A DNA stretch of 64,000 bases from Candidatus Latescibacterota bacterium (GCA_965215195.1 CBDCDC010000001.1:1207908-1271907); one strand, 5' to 3'. Shown: positions 1 to 9,015, counted from the stretch's first letter. Made by a program: numbers and translations. The notes: generated by a model not told the origin, from the sequence alone.

Positions 1-336
1 GAAAAGGCCGAGGGCTTGACGCGCCATCCTTGCGTTGGCCAAGTGCGCGGCAAGGGCCTGATGCTGGGCATTGAACTGGTACAGGATCGCCGCCGCCGCG
101 CGCCTTTTCCTCCCGAGTGGGGCGCGGCGCGGCGCGTACCGCAACTCACCTTGGAACGGGGACTGGCTATTGCGGGCACGAGTGGGGGCGCCGACTGGGT
201 CGGGGGCGATGATTTGCGCTTCTACCCGCCGCTGATCATTACGCGAGAACAGCTCGACGAATCCTTGGCTATCATCGACGAGTGTTTGGGATTGCTAAAA
301 GGGGAACTGCGGCAAAGGGGCTGGGAGCCGACCTAG
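1..336 (+). CDS. Class III (PLP) aminotransferase, C-terminal part (5' end outside window)
   Basis: Frame open from base 1; motifs VRGKGLMLGIELV and LRFYPPLII typical of aminotransferase class III C-termini. Confidence 0.85.
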   Translation, partial: EKAEGLTRHPCVGQVRGKGLMLGIELVQDRRRRAPFPPEWGAARRVPQLTLERGLAIAGTSGGADWVGGDDLRFYPPLIITREQLDESLAIIDECLGLLKGELRQRGWEPT

Positions 337-377
337 TTCAGCGTTCCGCAACGGAAACCAATGGGCCAGATTGCCCA

Positions 378-1904
378 TCAGTGATCGCACGTATGGTGCT
401 TATCTACTTGTCTCCATATATGATTGTCCCAATCCCGTATCGGCTCTCGGGGCAGTAATTCCGCGAGCGTGAGGCTGGCTAGGTCGCGGCCGTTCTCTAG
501 TGCCTTGTCGATAACGTCGCGTCCGCCTTTGATCTTCTTTTTTCCATGCACGATGGCCGAACGGACTCCATAGAAGGACTTTACTGTGTTGGATATCCAG
601 TCGCGTTTGTCGGGGCCTTGGCCGAGCAGTCGTTCTGCGCGGGCCGATAACTGGTGGGCCACTTTCTGTTTGATCGGACCGTACATGATCTCCAAGGCGA
701 TGGAGACATCGAGGATTCGATCCTCCGCACTAAAGGGGCCGCCGACCCGGGCAAAAGAGGCGGCGAGGCGGCGGATCGCAAGGTCGATAACATCGCGCTT
801 GCTGCGATAGGTGCACCAGTGGTTCGCCAATGCAGCGAAAGCAGCCGCGTCATGCGGATAGAGTTGGCGTTCCTTGGGCCATGCGTCGGACAAGGAGGCG
901 AAGGTGCTGCGAGAACCGAACGCGAAGTTGGGATCAAGCTCCTCTACCCACTTGGCGACGCGGACAAAGCTCACATGCGAGATCAGCGGACTCTTCGTAG
1001 CGATCGACAGCAAATCCACTAGGACTTTGTTGTCGTCTGGAAAGCGGTCTGCAAGGTCGATCTCGTAGTCGCCGGGGAAGCGGTACTTGACTTTCGGGGC
1101 AACAGATCGGCGGGACTTATTGGAAAAATCGCCATCGTCCGGCGGGGGAGCGACCCCTGGCCCCCACCTTAGACCACGCACGAGCGCGGTCGTGCTCGCG
1201 GAACGGTTCTGGCCAGTGCCGTTGAGCCACTTCTCGGGTTCGTCGGGCAGGCCGTAGGTCGCCTTGGCGTCCTCGTAGGGCACCAGATAGGCTTCGCTGC
1301 CAAGATCGAAGCGCCTGTCGAGTTTTAAGCCGTGCAAGAGCGTGACCTCGTATGCCGGGAGATCGGCATCTGCTCCGGCCGTCAGGTAGCGGTGCAGTAG
1401 GTGCGCTGCCTGCTCTGCGCTGTCCTTCATAGCGCGTTTGGCCAGATGGGATACGAGGGACTTCAACTCGACGTAGAACCAGTCGTGCGTAGACAGCATG
1501 AAGCCAACCCCTTCGCGCTTGCCCGAACCGATCAGTCCCGGTCGCAGCAAGGGATGCTCGCGCAGGATTGCTCTTGCTTCTACGGGGTCGGACTTGAGCC
1601 AGAGGTGAGATTCTGCGAAGAGTTTTGCGGCGGCGGGATCGTGCTTTGCGCGTAGGGCGAGATCTCGGTATTGCCGGTGGATGCTCGGCCAGTATTCGTC
1701 TAGCGGGCCGTAGTGTGGATTCTCTGGTGCAAAGGGGAAAGAGGGTCGCGCCTGCGCGGCAACATCTTCAAGCGCTGCGGCTAGCCGGCCGATCCAATCT
1801 GTTGCGTTAAAGGCTGTGCCATTAGCTTGCGTACCCTGTCGGGTAAAGACGTGCCCTTTGGAGTTGCCCCAAGTTGCAGAGGTGCTTCCATAATCATCAG
1901 GCAT
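378..1904 (-). CDS. Apea-like HEPN domain protein (putative RNase / defence effector)
   Basis: 508 aa; C-terminal ED(R)ILDVSIALE...Y(G)VRSAIVHG with RxxxxH HEPN motif; long N-terminal domain not recognised. Confidence 0.7.
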   Translation of the reverse strand: MPDDYGSTSATWGNSKGHVFTRQGTQANGTAFNATDWIGRLAAALEDVAAQARPSFPFAPENPHYGPLDEYWPSIHRQYRDLALRAKHDPAAAKLFAESHLWLKSDPVEARAILREHPLLRPGLIGSGKREGVGFMLSTHDWFYVELKSLVSHLAKRAMKDSAEQAAHLLHRYLTAGADADLPAYEVTLLHGLKLDRRFDLGSEAYLVPYEDAKATYGLPDEPEKWLNGTGQNRSASTTALVRGLRWGPGVAPPPDDGDFSNKSRRSVAPKVKYRFPGDYEIDLADRFPDDNKVLVDLLSIATKSPLISHVSFVRVAKWVEELDPNFAFGSRSTFASLSDAWPKERQLYPHDAAAFAALANHWCTYRSKRDVIDLAIRRLAASFARVGGPFSAEDRILDVSIALEIMYGPIKQKVAHQLSARAERLLGQGPDKRDWISNTVKSFYGVRSAIVHGKKKIKGGRDVIDKALENGRDLASLTLAELLPREPIRDWDNHIWRQVDKHHTCDH

Positions 1905-2097
1905 GATGCGTCCTTGCTGAATTGGGGGCCCGGCCAGTGGGACAGCCTACTCGCTTCTATTAGAAAAATAAGGCAAAAAGACCGGGTCAAGCGCACGAGC
2001 GGGGGCCGATACGGCCCCTAAAGGCCGGCCTTGTGCCAAGCGCGGGGATGCATTTTAGTAGCAAGTGATTCTGCGATTTTTCCAAGAGGATTGACTA

Positions 2098-2991
2098 GTG
2101 AAGATACTGGTAGCGGGCAGCAGCGGGTTGATCGGTACGGCGCTCTGTAGTCGGCTGGAGCGCGATGGACACGAGGTGGTGCGCTTGGTGCGGCGACAGC
2201 CGGCGCAAGGGGCGTTGCGCTGGGATCCAGAGACTGGCGAGCTGGCGCAAGAGGCCCTAGAGGGGATAGAGGCCGCAGTGCATTTAGGGGGCCGGAACAT
2301 CGCCGCCGGGCGCTGGACTGCAAGCGTCAAGGCGCAGTTGCGCCAGAGCCGGGTGCAGACGACCCAGCTGCTCGCTACGCGCTTGGCGGAATTGGCCGCG
2401 CCGCCGAAGGCGCTCATCTGCGCATCGGCTGTCGGCATTTACGGCAATCGGCGCGGCGAAGAGCTAGACGAGGAAAGCGATACTGGCGCGGGGTTTTTGG
2501 CCGAGTTGGGCCGAGCGTGGGAAGGGGCGAGCGCGGTGGCATCTGAAGCCGGCATCCGGGTTGTTCACGCCCGCTTGGGCGTCGTAATCAGCCGCGAGGG
2601 CGGGGCCTTGGCCAAGATGCTGTTGCCCTTCCGCCTCGGGGTGGGTGGCAAGGTCGGCGATGGCCGGCAGTACGTTAGCTGGATTAGCTTGGAGGACGCG
2701 GTGGCGGCACTGATCTATGCCGTGGAAAACGACGCCTTGTGCGGGCCGGTGAACCTGACCGCGCCACAGCCGGTGACCAACGCCGAGTTGACGCGGACAT
2801 TGGGGCGCGTGTTGCGGCGGCCGACGCTGTTGCCGCTGCCGGCCTTTGCCGCCAAGGTGCTCTTGGGCGAGTTGGCCGAGGAGGGGTTGCTGGCCAGCCA
2901 GCGGGTGCGGCCAACGCGGCTGTTAGAGGCTGGTTTTGAGTTCGCGTACCCCGAATTGGAGAGTGCGTTGCGCCGGGCGTTGGCGCAGTGA
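2098..2991 (+). CDS. TIGR01777 (YfcH-like) NAD-dependent epimerase-family protein
   Basis: N-terminal GSSGLIG Rossmann motif; SAVGIYG, GFLAELGRAWE, GDGRQYVSWI, GPVNLTAP. Confidence 0.9.
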   Translation: MKILVAGSSGLIGTALCSRLERDGHEVVRLVRRQPAQGALRWDPETGELAQEALEGIEAAVHLGGRNIAAGRWTASVKAQLRQSRVQTTQLLATRLAELAAPPKALICASAVGIYGNRRGEELDEESDTGAGFLAELGRAWEGASAVASEAGIRVVHARLGVVISREGGALAKMLLPFRLGVGGKVGDGRQYVSWISLEDAVAALIYAVENDALCGPVNLTAPQPVTNAELTRTLGRVLRRPTLLPLPAFAAKVLLGELAEEGLLASQRVRPTRLLEAGFEFAYPELESALRRALAQ

Positions 2992-2996
2992 GCCTT

Positions 2997-3143
2997 ATGG
3001 ACACAACACATAAAATGGCAATATCGGTGCCGAATGCGGTTAGTCTTTTTGCCGGAGCGGGTGGTTGCTCATTAGGGTTCCAGAAGGCTGGATATCAAAT
3101 CCTGTATGCCTTGGATAGCGATATAGCGGCGGTTGAAACCTAA
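2997..3143 (+). pseudogene. Truncated DNA (cytosine-5) methyltransferase, motif I-II fragment only
   Basis: Translated by hand: MDTTHKMAISVPNAVSLFAGAGGCSLGFQKAGYQILYALDSDIAAVET*; SLFAGAGG is C5-MTase motif I; stops after 48 aa; AT-richer than flanks. Confidence 0.8.
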
Positions 3144-3166
3144 AAAATACAAGGAGCAGATTTCCT

Positions 3167-4564
3167 ATGAACATCATCGTCTTGGTCAGCGACACCTTTC
3201 GCTACGACTATCTGGGGTGCAACGGCAATAGGTGGATTGGCACGGCCGCGCTCGATCGCTTTGCCGAGCGGGCAGTGTGCTTCGACCGGCATTACTTGTC
3301 GAGCTTTCCGACCATCCCCAACCGCACCGACCTTTTTACCGGCCGCTACAGCTTTCCATTCCACGGCTGGAAACCCCTCGACACAGACATCCCGGTGCTG
3401 AGCACGATTTTCGGCGCGGCCGGCTACCAGAGTCAACTCATCTGCGACACGCCGCATCTAATGAAGGGCGTCCACCATTTCGACCGGGGGTTTGACGGGG
3501 CGTATTGGATTCGGGGGCAGGAAGGGGACAAGCCGCTGCTGAAGGGCAACCTGCGGCCGCGCATGGAGGTGGCCGGGGAGAAGACGCGCGTCGATCCGCA
3601 TCTGGCGAACACGCGCTTTGGCAACTTGGCGACCCTGCATGCGTGGACCAACCGCGACTGGGCTTGGGAGGAGGACCGCTTTTGCGTGCGCACGGCGCAG
3701 ACGGCGAGCCGCTGGCTGGAGGAAAATCGCGGCTGCGAGCCGTTCTTGTTGTGGGTGGATTTCTTTGATGCGCACGAGCCGTGGGACCCGCCGGAACATC
3801 TCGTGGGCCGCTACGACTCATCGGGATACGATGGCCCGCCGATGATTCACCCGAATTACGGCCCGGCGACCGCCTATACCCAAGAGGAACTGGCCAATCT
3901 CCAAGCCCACTACGCGGCCGAGATTTACTTGGTCAACAAGTGGGTCGGCTACGTGTTGGACAAAATTGAAGAGCTCGGGCTGTTCGACAACAGCGTGGTT
4001 ACTTTTACGTCGGATCACGGCATGTTCGTGGGCGAGCACAACCGCACGGGCAAGTCCAACATCCACACCGAGGACGAGCGCGTCTGGCCCCTGTACGAAG
4101 AGATCAGCCACATCCCGCTGATGATTGCCGCTCCCGAGGTTGCGGGCGGACAGCGGGTGAGCGCATTGACACAGTCGGTGGATTTGCTGCCGACGCTGAT
4201 GGCTTTAGCTGGCGTAGAAAAAAGTGATCTGAGGATGCACGGGCATTCGCTCGCGTCGCTGCTGACCGGACCGTCAGCGTGGCCGCGGCAGTACGCGTTC
4301 AGCTCAACCTTTATCCGCAATGGCGGGCCGACGGTGACTGACGAGCACTGGACTTACTTAGCGCATGGCGAACACGGCGGCACACCCGAGCTGTACGACA
4401 TTGAGGCCGACCCTCAGCAGCAGCAAAATGTGATCGGCGAGCATCCGGCCGTGGCCCAGCGGATGCAGCAAGCCCTAGCGGACTTTCTCGACGCGGTGGA
4501 GACGCCCGAGGAAAATCGCGCGTTGCTGGGGCCGGTTGGCGGGCCGGATTACGCTATCCCGTGA
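3167..4564 (+). CDS. Sulfatase / alkaline phosphatase superfamily hydrolase (Thr variant)
   Basis: NIIVLVSDTFR, TIPNRTDLFTG, DAHEPWDPP, TSDHG, ELYD motifs; AAGGAG RBS. Confidence 0.88.
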   Translation: MNIIVLVSDTFRYDYLGCNGNRWIGTAALDRFAERAVCFDRHYLSSFPTIPNRTDLFTGRYSFPFHGWKPLDTDIPVLSTIFGAAGYQSQLICDTPHLMKGVHHFDRGFDGAYWIRGQEGDKPLLKGNLRPRMEVAGEKTRVDPHLANTRFGNLATLHAWTNRDWAWEEDRFCVRTAQTASRWLEENRGCEPFLLWVDFFDAHEPWDPPEHLVGRYDSSGYDGPPMIHPNYGPATAYTQEELANLQAHYAAEIYLVNKWVGYVLDKIEELGLFDNSVVTFTSDHGMFVGEHNRTGKSNIHTEDERVWPLYEEISHIPLMIAAPEVAGGQRVSALTQSVDLLPTLMALAGVEKSDLRMHGHSLASLLTGPSAWPRQYAFSSTFIRNGGPTVTDEHWTYLAHGEHGGTPELYDIEADPQQQQNVIGEHPAVAQRMQQALADFLDAVETPEENRALLGPVGGPDYAIP

Positions 4565-4769
4565 AGAGGTCGAAGATGTGGCCGAGGCGCGAGCTGTCGG
4601 CTGCGTAGAATTCGGTGTAGCGGCACTGCTCGCAAGTTACGGTGGTCATCTTGCGGTTTTGCACGTCGAATATCTTGGACCAAAACCCGCCGGAGGCGCG
4701 GATTTCGCCGGTCTCGCAGGTGGTGTGATGGCATTTGGGGCATTCAAAGCGCAACGTAGGTGAGCTCAT
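4554..4769 (-). CDS. Small Zn-ribbon protein (DUF2082-like)
   Basis: CPKC...SKIFDVQN...VTCEQCRYTEFY pattern. Confidence 0.75.
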   Translation of the reverse strand: MSSPTLRFECPKCHHTTCETGEIRASGGFWSKIFDVQNRKMTTVTCEQCRYTEFYAADSSRLGHIFDLFTG

Positions 4770-4884
4770 GGGGCCTCGTGGGTGTAGGTGGACGCTTGAT
4801 TTTAAGCGGTGTGCAGGCGAGGGGCAAACGACCTCAACGCCTTGCGCGGTGAAGCGCGGGTCTGTTGAGTTTCCCCGCTATCAG

Positions 4885-4917
4885 GCGTTTTTCGCGGGCG
4901 AGACGCCCTCGTTCCCA
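4885..4917. repeat. REP-like palindromic repeat, inverted copy of 13330-13362
   Basis: Reverse complement matches 13330-13362 at 30/33 nt; core hairpin GGGCGAGACGCCC. Confidence 0.75.
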
Positions 4918-5060
4918 GATGTTTTGAGCCGCTTGAGAGACTTAACGCTTCTAAGCGTTTCGCAGGGGGATAGATTGGATTTTTGCTGGGGGGAGGGAGA
5001 GGACGGGGGATTGGTCTGGCAGGTGTTTTTGCGTTGTCGCCCTGCTTTGGCGACGCGCCG

Positions 5061-5285
5061 TTAGGGGAGAACGGCGCGTCGCTCTACGCCGGCGAGTACC
5101 TCTTCGAGGGTCCACAATCGCTCGGCGTCAATGATGAGGGCTTCGACGATGAGGGGATGGGCCTTGATGGTATGCGAGTCGATAAACTCGAAACTGGGCT
5201 GATCGCGCCCGAGCATTCCCCGATCCTCGATCACGGTGATCTCGTCTGGGGCACCCGAGGCTTCTACGTGGCGGTACAGTGGCAT
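5061..5285 (-). CDS. Small hypothetical protein (74 aa)
   Basis: ATG start preceded by AAGGAG RBS; protein-like composition; no family recognised. Confidence 0.6.
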   Translation of the reverse strand: MPLYRHVEASGAPDEITVIEDRGMLGRDQPSFEFIDSHTIKAHPLIVEALIIDAERLWTLEEVLAGVERRAVLP

Positions 5286-5397
5286 TTTCGCTCCTTGTCA
5301 AAAGGTCTCGTTTAGCTTAGACGCCGGTGCCGGAGAATAGTTGCAGCGATGTTTATGGGGCGCGGGTAAATTTTCTTTAGTTCTGTAAAACAAATAG

Positions 5398-6312
5398 TTA
5401 GAGAATCGCGTACCCTTGCATCCACCGTGCGATGCAGTCGGCTGTCTCGGCGGGGCATTCGAGGTGGGGCGCGTGTCCGCAATGGGGGAAGACGTGTAGC
5501 TCGGCACGGGGAAGTGCGGCCGCGAAACGCTGGGCCGAGCGCACAGGTAGGACGCAGTCCTGCTGCCCCCACAAAACCAAGGCTGGGCAGGTGATGTCGC
5601 CAAAGCGCTGGTGGAACGTTGCTATGTCGGGGGGGACGAGGTTCCGCGCTGAGTAGTGGTAAGCATACGCGGCATTGGGCGTCTCAAATGCGGCGCGGGC
5701 GACCGTTGCGAGTTCCGGGGGAATTTTGCGACGGTCGTGGAAGCAGCGGCGGAAGGTGCGCCAAGTGGCCAAGCGCAACAGGCCGGATGCGCGGACCAAG
5801 GCGTGGAGCGGGGCGTAGGTTAGCAGCTTGCCCGGATAGCTGCCGAGGGTGCGCACGTGCATGGGGAGTTTGTGTGGGTAGCCGGCTGCGTCGATGAGCA
5901 CGAGCCCGCGCATTTTGGCCGCGAGCGCGGGAAAGTCGAGGTACAGGCGCAGGGCCAAGCCCCCGCCGAGCGAGCTGCCCAAGAGGATTACGTCGTCTAA
6001 GCCCAGCGCGGCGATAAAGGTCGCCAAGTAGGCAACCTGCATGTCCGGCGAGTAGCGCTCGGGCGCCGGGCGGGCGGCAAAAGTCGGCTTGCTGCTGCGC
6101 CCGTGGCCGATCAAGTCGGGTGCGATGAGGCGGCGGCCGGGCAAGCGGGCGGCCAAGCGGAACCACGTGGCCTTGTTGTCAAAGATGCCGTGCAGCAGCA
6201 CTAAGGGGGGGGGGTCTCCGCCGCCATTGTCGATATACGCCATTTCGACTTGGTCGGCGAGGGCGAGGCGGTATTCGGCAAATCCGGGGAAGAGGGGGAG
6301 CACAGACTGCAT
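5398..6312 (-). CDS. Alpha/beta fold hydrolase
   Basis: LLHGIFD, PDLIGHGRS, GSSLGG nucleophile elbow, WGQQD, CGHAPHLE; start reassigned to ATG 6312 because the upstream part of the ORF is antisense to the sigma-54 activator. Confidence 0.88.
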   Translation of the reverse strand: MQSVLPLFPGFAEYRLALADQVEMAYIDNGGGDPPPLVLLHGIFDNKATWFRLAARLPGRRLIAPDLIGHGRSSKPTFAARPAPERYSPDMQVAYLATFIAALGLDDVILLGSSLGGGLALRLYLDFPALAAKMRGLVLIDAAGYPHKLPMHVRTLGSYPGKLLTYAPLHALVRASGLLRLATWRTFRRCFHDRRKIPPELATVARAAFETPNAAYAYHYSARNLVPPDIATFHQRFGDITCPALVLWGQQDCVLPVRSAQRFAAALPRAELHVFPHCGHAPHLECPAETADCIARWMQGYAIL

Positions 6313-6339
6313 AGGGCAGATAAAGAAGCATATTTGTCT

Positions 6340-7236
6340 GGTAAAATCCAACTTGGGCCAAGTGCTGGAGCAGACCGTGCGGGTCGCCGACACCGCGATG
6401 ACCGTGCTAGTGTTGGGCGAGACCGGCACGGGTAAGGGCTTACTCGCGCAGCTCATCCACGAAACAAGCACTCGACGCAAGCGGCCTTTCATCCACGTCA
6501 ATTGCGGGGTACACGAGAAAGGGGCCTTTACCGGCGCAAGCACTCGCCAGCTTGGCCGCTTTGAACTGGCTGATGGCGGCACCCTCTTTTTGGACGAAAT
6601 CGGCGATTTGCCGTTGGAGTCTCAGCGGGTGCTGCTGAACATCTTGGAGGACAATACCCTGATCCGCGTCGGTGGCCAGCAGCCTGTAAAAGTGGACGTG
6701 CGGGTCATTGCGGCTACCAACCGCGACCTGCGGCAGGCCATTGCGGAACGTACGTTCCGCGAAGACCTGTTCTACCGCTTGGATACCTTTACGCTACCGC
6801 TTCCGCCGCTGCGGCAGCGGCAAGAGGATATACCAGATCTGGCGGCGCATTTTGCAGAGCGGTATGCTCAGCACCTGCGGCGGCCGGCACCGACGATAGC
6901 CGACGGAGTGATCGCGCACAGGCGTATGCTTGGCCGGGGAATGTGCGCGAGTTAGAGCACCTGATCCATCGGGCGGTCTTGCTGTGCGAGGACGGGGTGA
7001 TACGCACGGGCGATTTGCTGCTGCCGTCGGTTGCACAGCGGTCTGGGGATGCGATGCCACCAGTGCCACTAGCGGCCAGCGAAGGCTTGGACGAAAAGCA
7101 GCAGCTTGTGAAGGCGCTGCAAGCGACCAACTGGATGATCTATGGCGAGCGGGGCGCGGTGCGCTTGTTGGGGATGCATCCGGAGAAGCTGCGCTACCGC
7201 ATGCGGAAATACGGGTTGCGCCGACCCAAGAAGTAG
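6340..7236 (+). pseudogene. Degraded sigma-54-dependent Fis-family activator (bEBP)
   Basis: GETGTGK, HEKGAFTGA, FLDEIGD, RVIAATNRDL, FREDLFYRL; segment normally between VNC and GHEKGAFTGA (ALP..LESELF) deleted; frameshift near 6918 before AYAWPGNVRELE; Fis HTH in second frame; no N-terminal sensor domain. Confidence 0.85.
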
Positions 7237-7290
7237 AACGCAAGACGTCCCGAGGCATTAAGAGCCGACCGCAGAGGTCGTAGGCGGTCA

Positions 7291-7330
7291 ACACGGAAAG
7301 TCGTGGAAAGACACGAAAAGTCGTGGAAAA
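7291..7330. repeat. Two tandem 20-bp repeats, each with a CACG-N6-CGTG palindrome
   Basis: ACACGGAAAGTCGTGGAAAG / ACACGAAAAGTCGTGGAAAA (18/20 identical). Confidence 0.7.
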
Positions 7331-7618
7331 GACGGCTGGGGCCGCGCATCGTAGGACGCTCCGTTCCCATAGTCAATAAGACGGAGTTCGATATCCTGTA
7401 TGACTGCATGGATCGTATGTCGAGGAGGGAGTAACCGAGGTCTGTATAGTGGCTAACGAAGTGCGAAGCCTCAGGCCATTGCTCGAAAGAGACGTAATCG
7501 GTTTGGGGCAACTGGGCCTGACTTTGCGCTTCCAGCAACTCGCTCCTTCCATCCAGAGACCGTTAGAAAGTTGGGGCTTGGCAAAGCGGTGCGCTTTACG
7601 AACAGATTGCTCGGGCGG

Positions 7619-8713
7619 TCAGCGAACTTTGCCGCGGCCAGCGATCTCCCAAATCGCCTCCAGCCGACCTGTGCGCAGCGCGTAGAGGCGGTCGTGGAGA
7701 TTGACGGTGGTGCAGCCGTGGCCGGGGATAAATTCGAGCAGGTCGCCGGGGCGGAGGTCCGCGCAGGGACCGGCTATGGTCTTGAGGCGACCGTGCTCTT
7801 CGGACAGGGCATGGCATTCCAAGTCGGGGCGATCCTTGACGAGGGGGAAGCCGTGCTCGGGCGTCAGGCTCTTTAGGCCAGCGTCGGTGATAACCTGCTC
7901 GGGCGCGGGGCGACTGGTAACGGTGGTCAGTACGCTGAGGGCGTTTTTGAAGCCCAAGCCGAGCTTGGCGTACGCGGCGTCCATTAGCGCGTACGAGCCA
8001 GCTTGGACCTCGGTGATGCCGTCGAAGGAGGTGCTGATGTAGTAATCGCCCGTGCCCGAGGCACTGCAAATGGAGCAGTCGAGACCAGCGCGTTCCACAG
8101 TGGCGCGGGCATGGACGAGGCGTTGGAGGCAGGTGCGGGCACCGTCGTCGCGGGTAGCTTTGTCTTGGAGATCGATGACGTGGCCTTCATAGCCCATCAG
8201 GCCACAGAAGCGAAGGTGGGGTGCTTGGGAGGCCGTGCGGGCGAGCTCGACGACGGCAGCGGGCGCGACGCCGCAGCGATTGTGGCCGATGTTGACTTCT
8301 ACGAGTACGCGCGGGCAGACTTTGTAGGCGTGGGCCGCCTCGTTGAGGTCGGCGAGGTTTTGCGGGTCATCAACCGCAATCATAATGTCGCAACGAGTGG
8401 CTAGTGCCATGAGGCGCTCGATCTTGCGGCGGCCGACGACTTCGTTGGCAATGAGGATGTCTTGGATGCCAGCGTCGGCCATGACCTCGGCCTCCCCGAC
8501 CTTGGCGCAGGTGATTCCCTGCGCACCGGCTGCGAGCTGGAGGTGGGCGATGGCCGGGGTTTTGTGCGACTTGGTGTGCGGCCGGAGGTTTTTGCCCGCT
8601 GTGCGGAAGTGCTCGGCGAGCCGGGCGATGTTGTATTCGAGCGCGTCGAGATCGACCAAGAGGACGGGGGTGTCGATGGCGTCGCGGGTCATGCCGATGT
8701 GTTCGGTGGTCAT
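7619..8713 (-). CDS. DSD1 / D-threonine aldolase family PLP enzyme (alanine racemase-like fold)
   Basis: DTPVLLVD, LRPHTKSHK (PLP Lys), GHNRCGV, GLMGYEGH, EVQAGSY, DAGLKS, SEEHG, PGHGCTTVNLHD. Confidence 0.88.
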   Translation of the reverse strand: MTTEHIGMTRDAIDTPVLLVDLDALEYNIARLAEHFRTAGKNLRPHTKSHKTPAIAHLQLAAGAQGITCAKVGEAEVMADAGIQDILIANEVVGRRKIERLMALATRCDIMIAVDDPQNLADLNEAAHAYKVCPRVLVEVNIGHNRCGVAPAAVVELARTASQAPHLRFCGLMGYEGHVIDLQDKATRDDGARTCLQRLVHARATVERAGLDCSICSASGTGDYYISTSFDGITEVQAGSYALMDAAYAKLGLGFKNALSVLTTVTSRPAPEQVITDAGLKSLTPEHGFPLVKDRPDLECHALSEEHGRLKTIAGPCADLRPGDLLEFIPGHGCTTVNLHDRLYALRTGRLEAIWEIAGRGKVR

Positions 8714-8891
8714 AGTCGGGGCTTTGTGGGTTGGGTGGATATTGCTTGCGGATAAAGAAACCGGGCCGCCCGCTTCTTGTCCAGTGCTTGGGCCTCGCGT
8801 GGACGGGTGCGTGGCGAAATCGTTATGATCGTTGTTTGTATTTGGTCAGGGTAGCGGTGGAGACGGATATGCTCTCACCCCGCGATTTTTT

Positions 8892-9015
8892 GCTCATGTG
8901 CTAACTACACGACACCAATAACTTGTCGTTGATGGGCGATGAGTCCGGGATCGAGGGCAAGATGCCCTCGATCCGAGGGTAAGGCCCTACTGTCGTGTAC
9001 TTAGCTCATGTGCTA
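8892..9015. mobile_element. MITE-like element: inverted ends enclosing a REP hairpin
   Basis: CTAACTACACGACA (8901-8914) vs TGTCGTGTACTTAG (8991-9004), 13/14 inverted match; CTCATGTG repeated on both outer sides (8893-8900, 9005-9012); perfect 12-bp stem 8948-8974. Confidence 0.6.

Noticed and set aside
6313-6582. N-terminal extension of the alpha/beta hydrolase ORF
   Set aside because: It is the reverse complement of the sigma-54 activator remnant; real start placed at 6312.
7291-7330. Possible mini CRISPR array
   Set aside because: Only two abutting units with no spacers and no cas genes; no CRISPR array seen anywhere in the window.
7194-7538. 114-aa minus-strand ORF with AAGGAG-TTG start
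   Set aside because: No family recognised and it runs through a tandem repeat into the activator remnant; may be a scar but unsupported.
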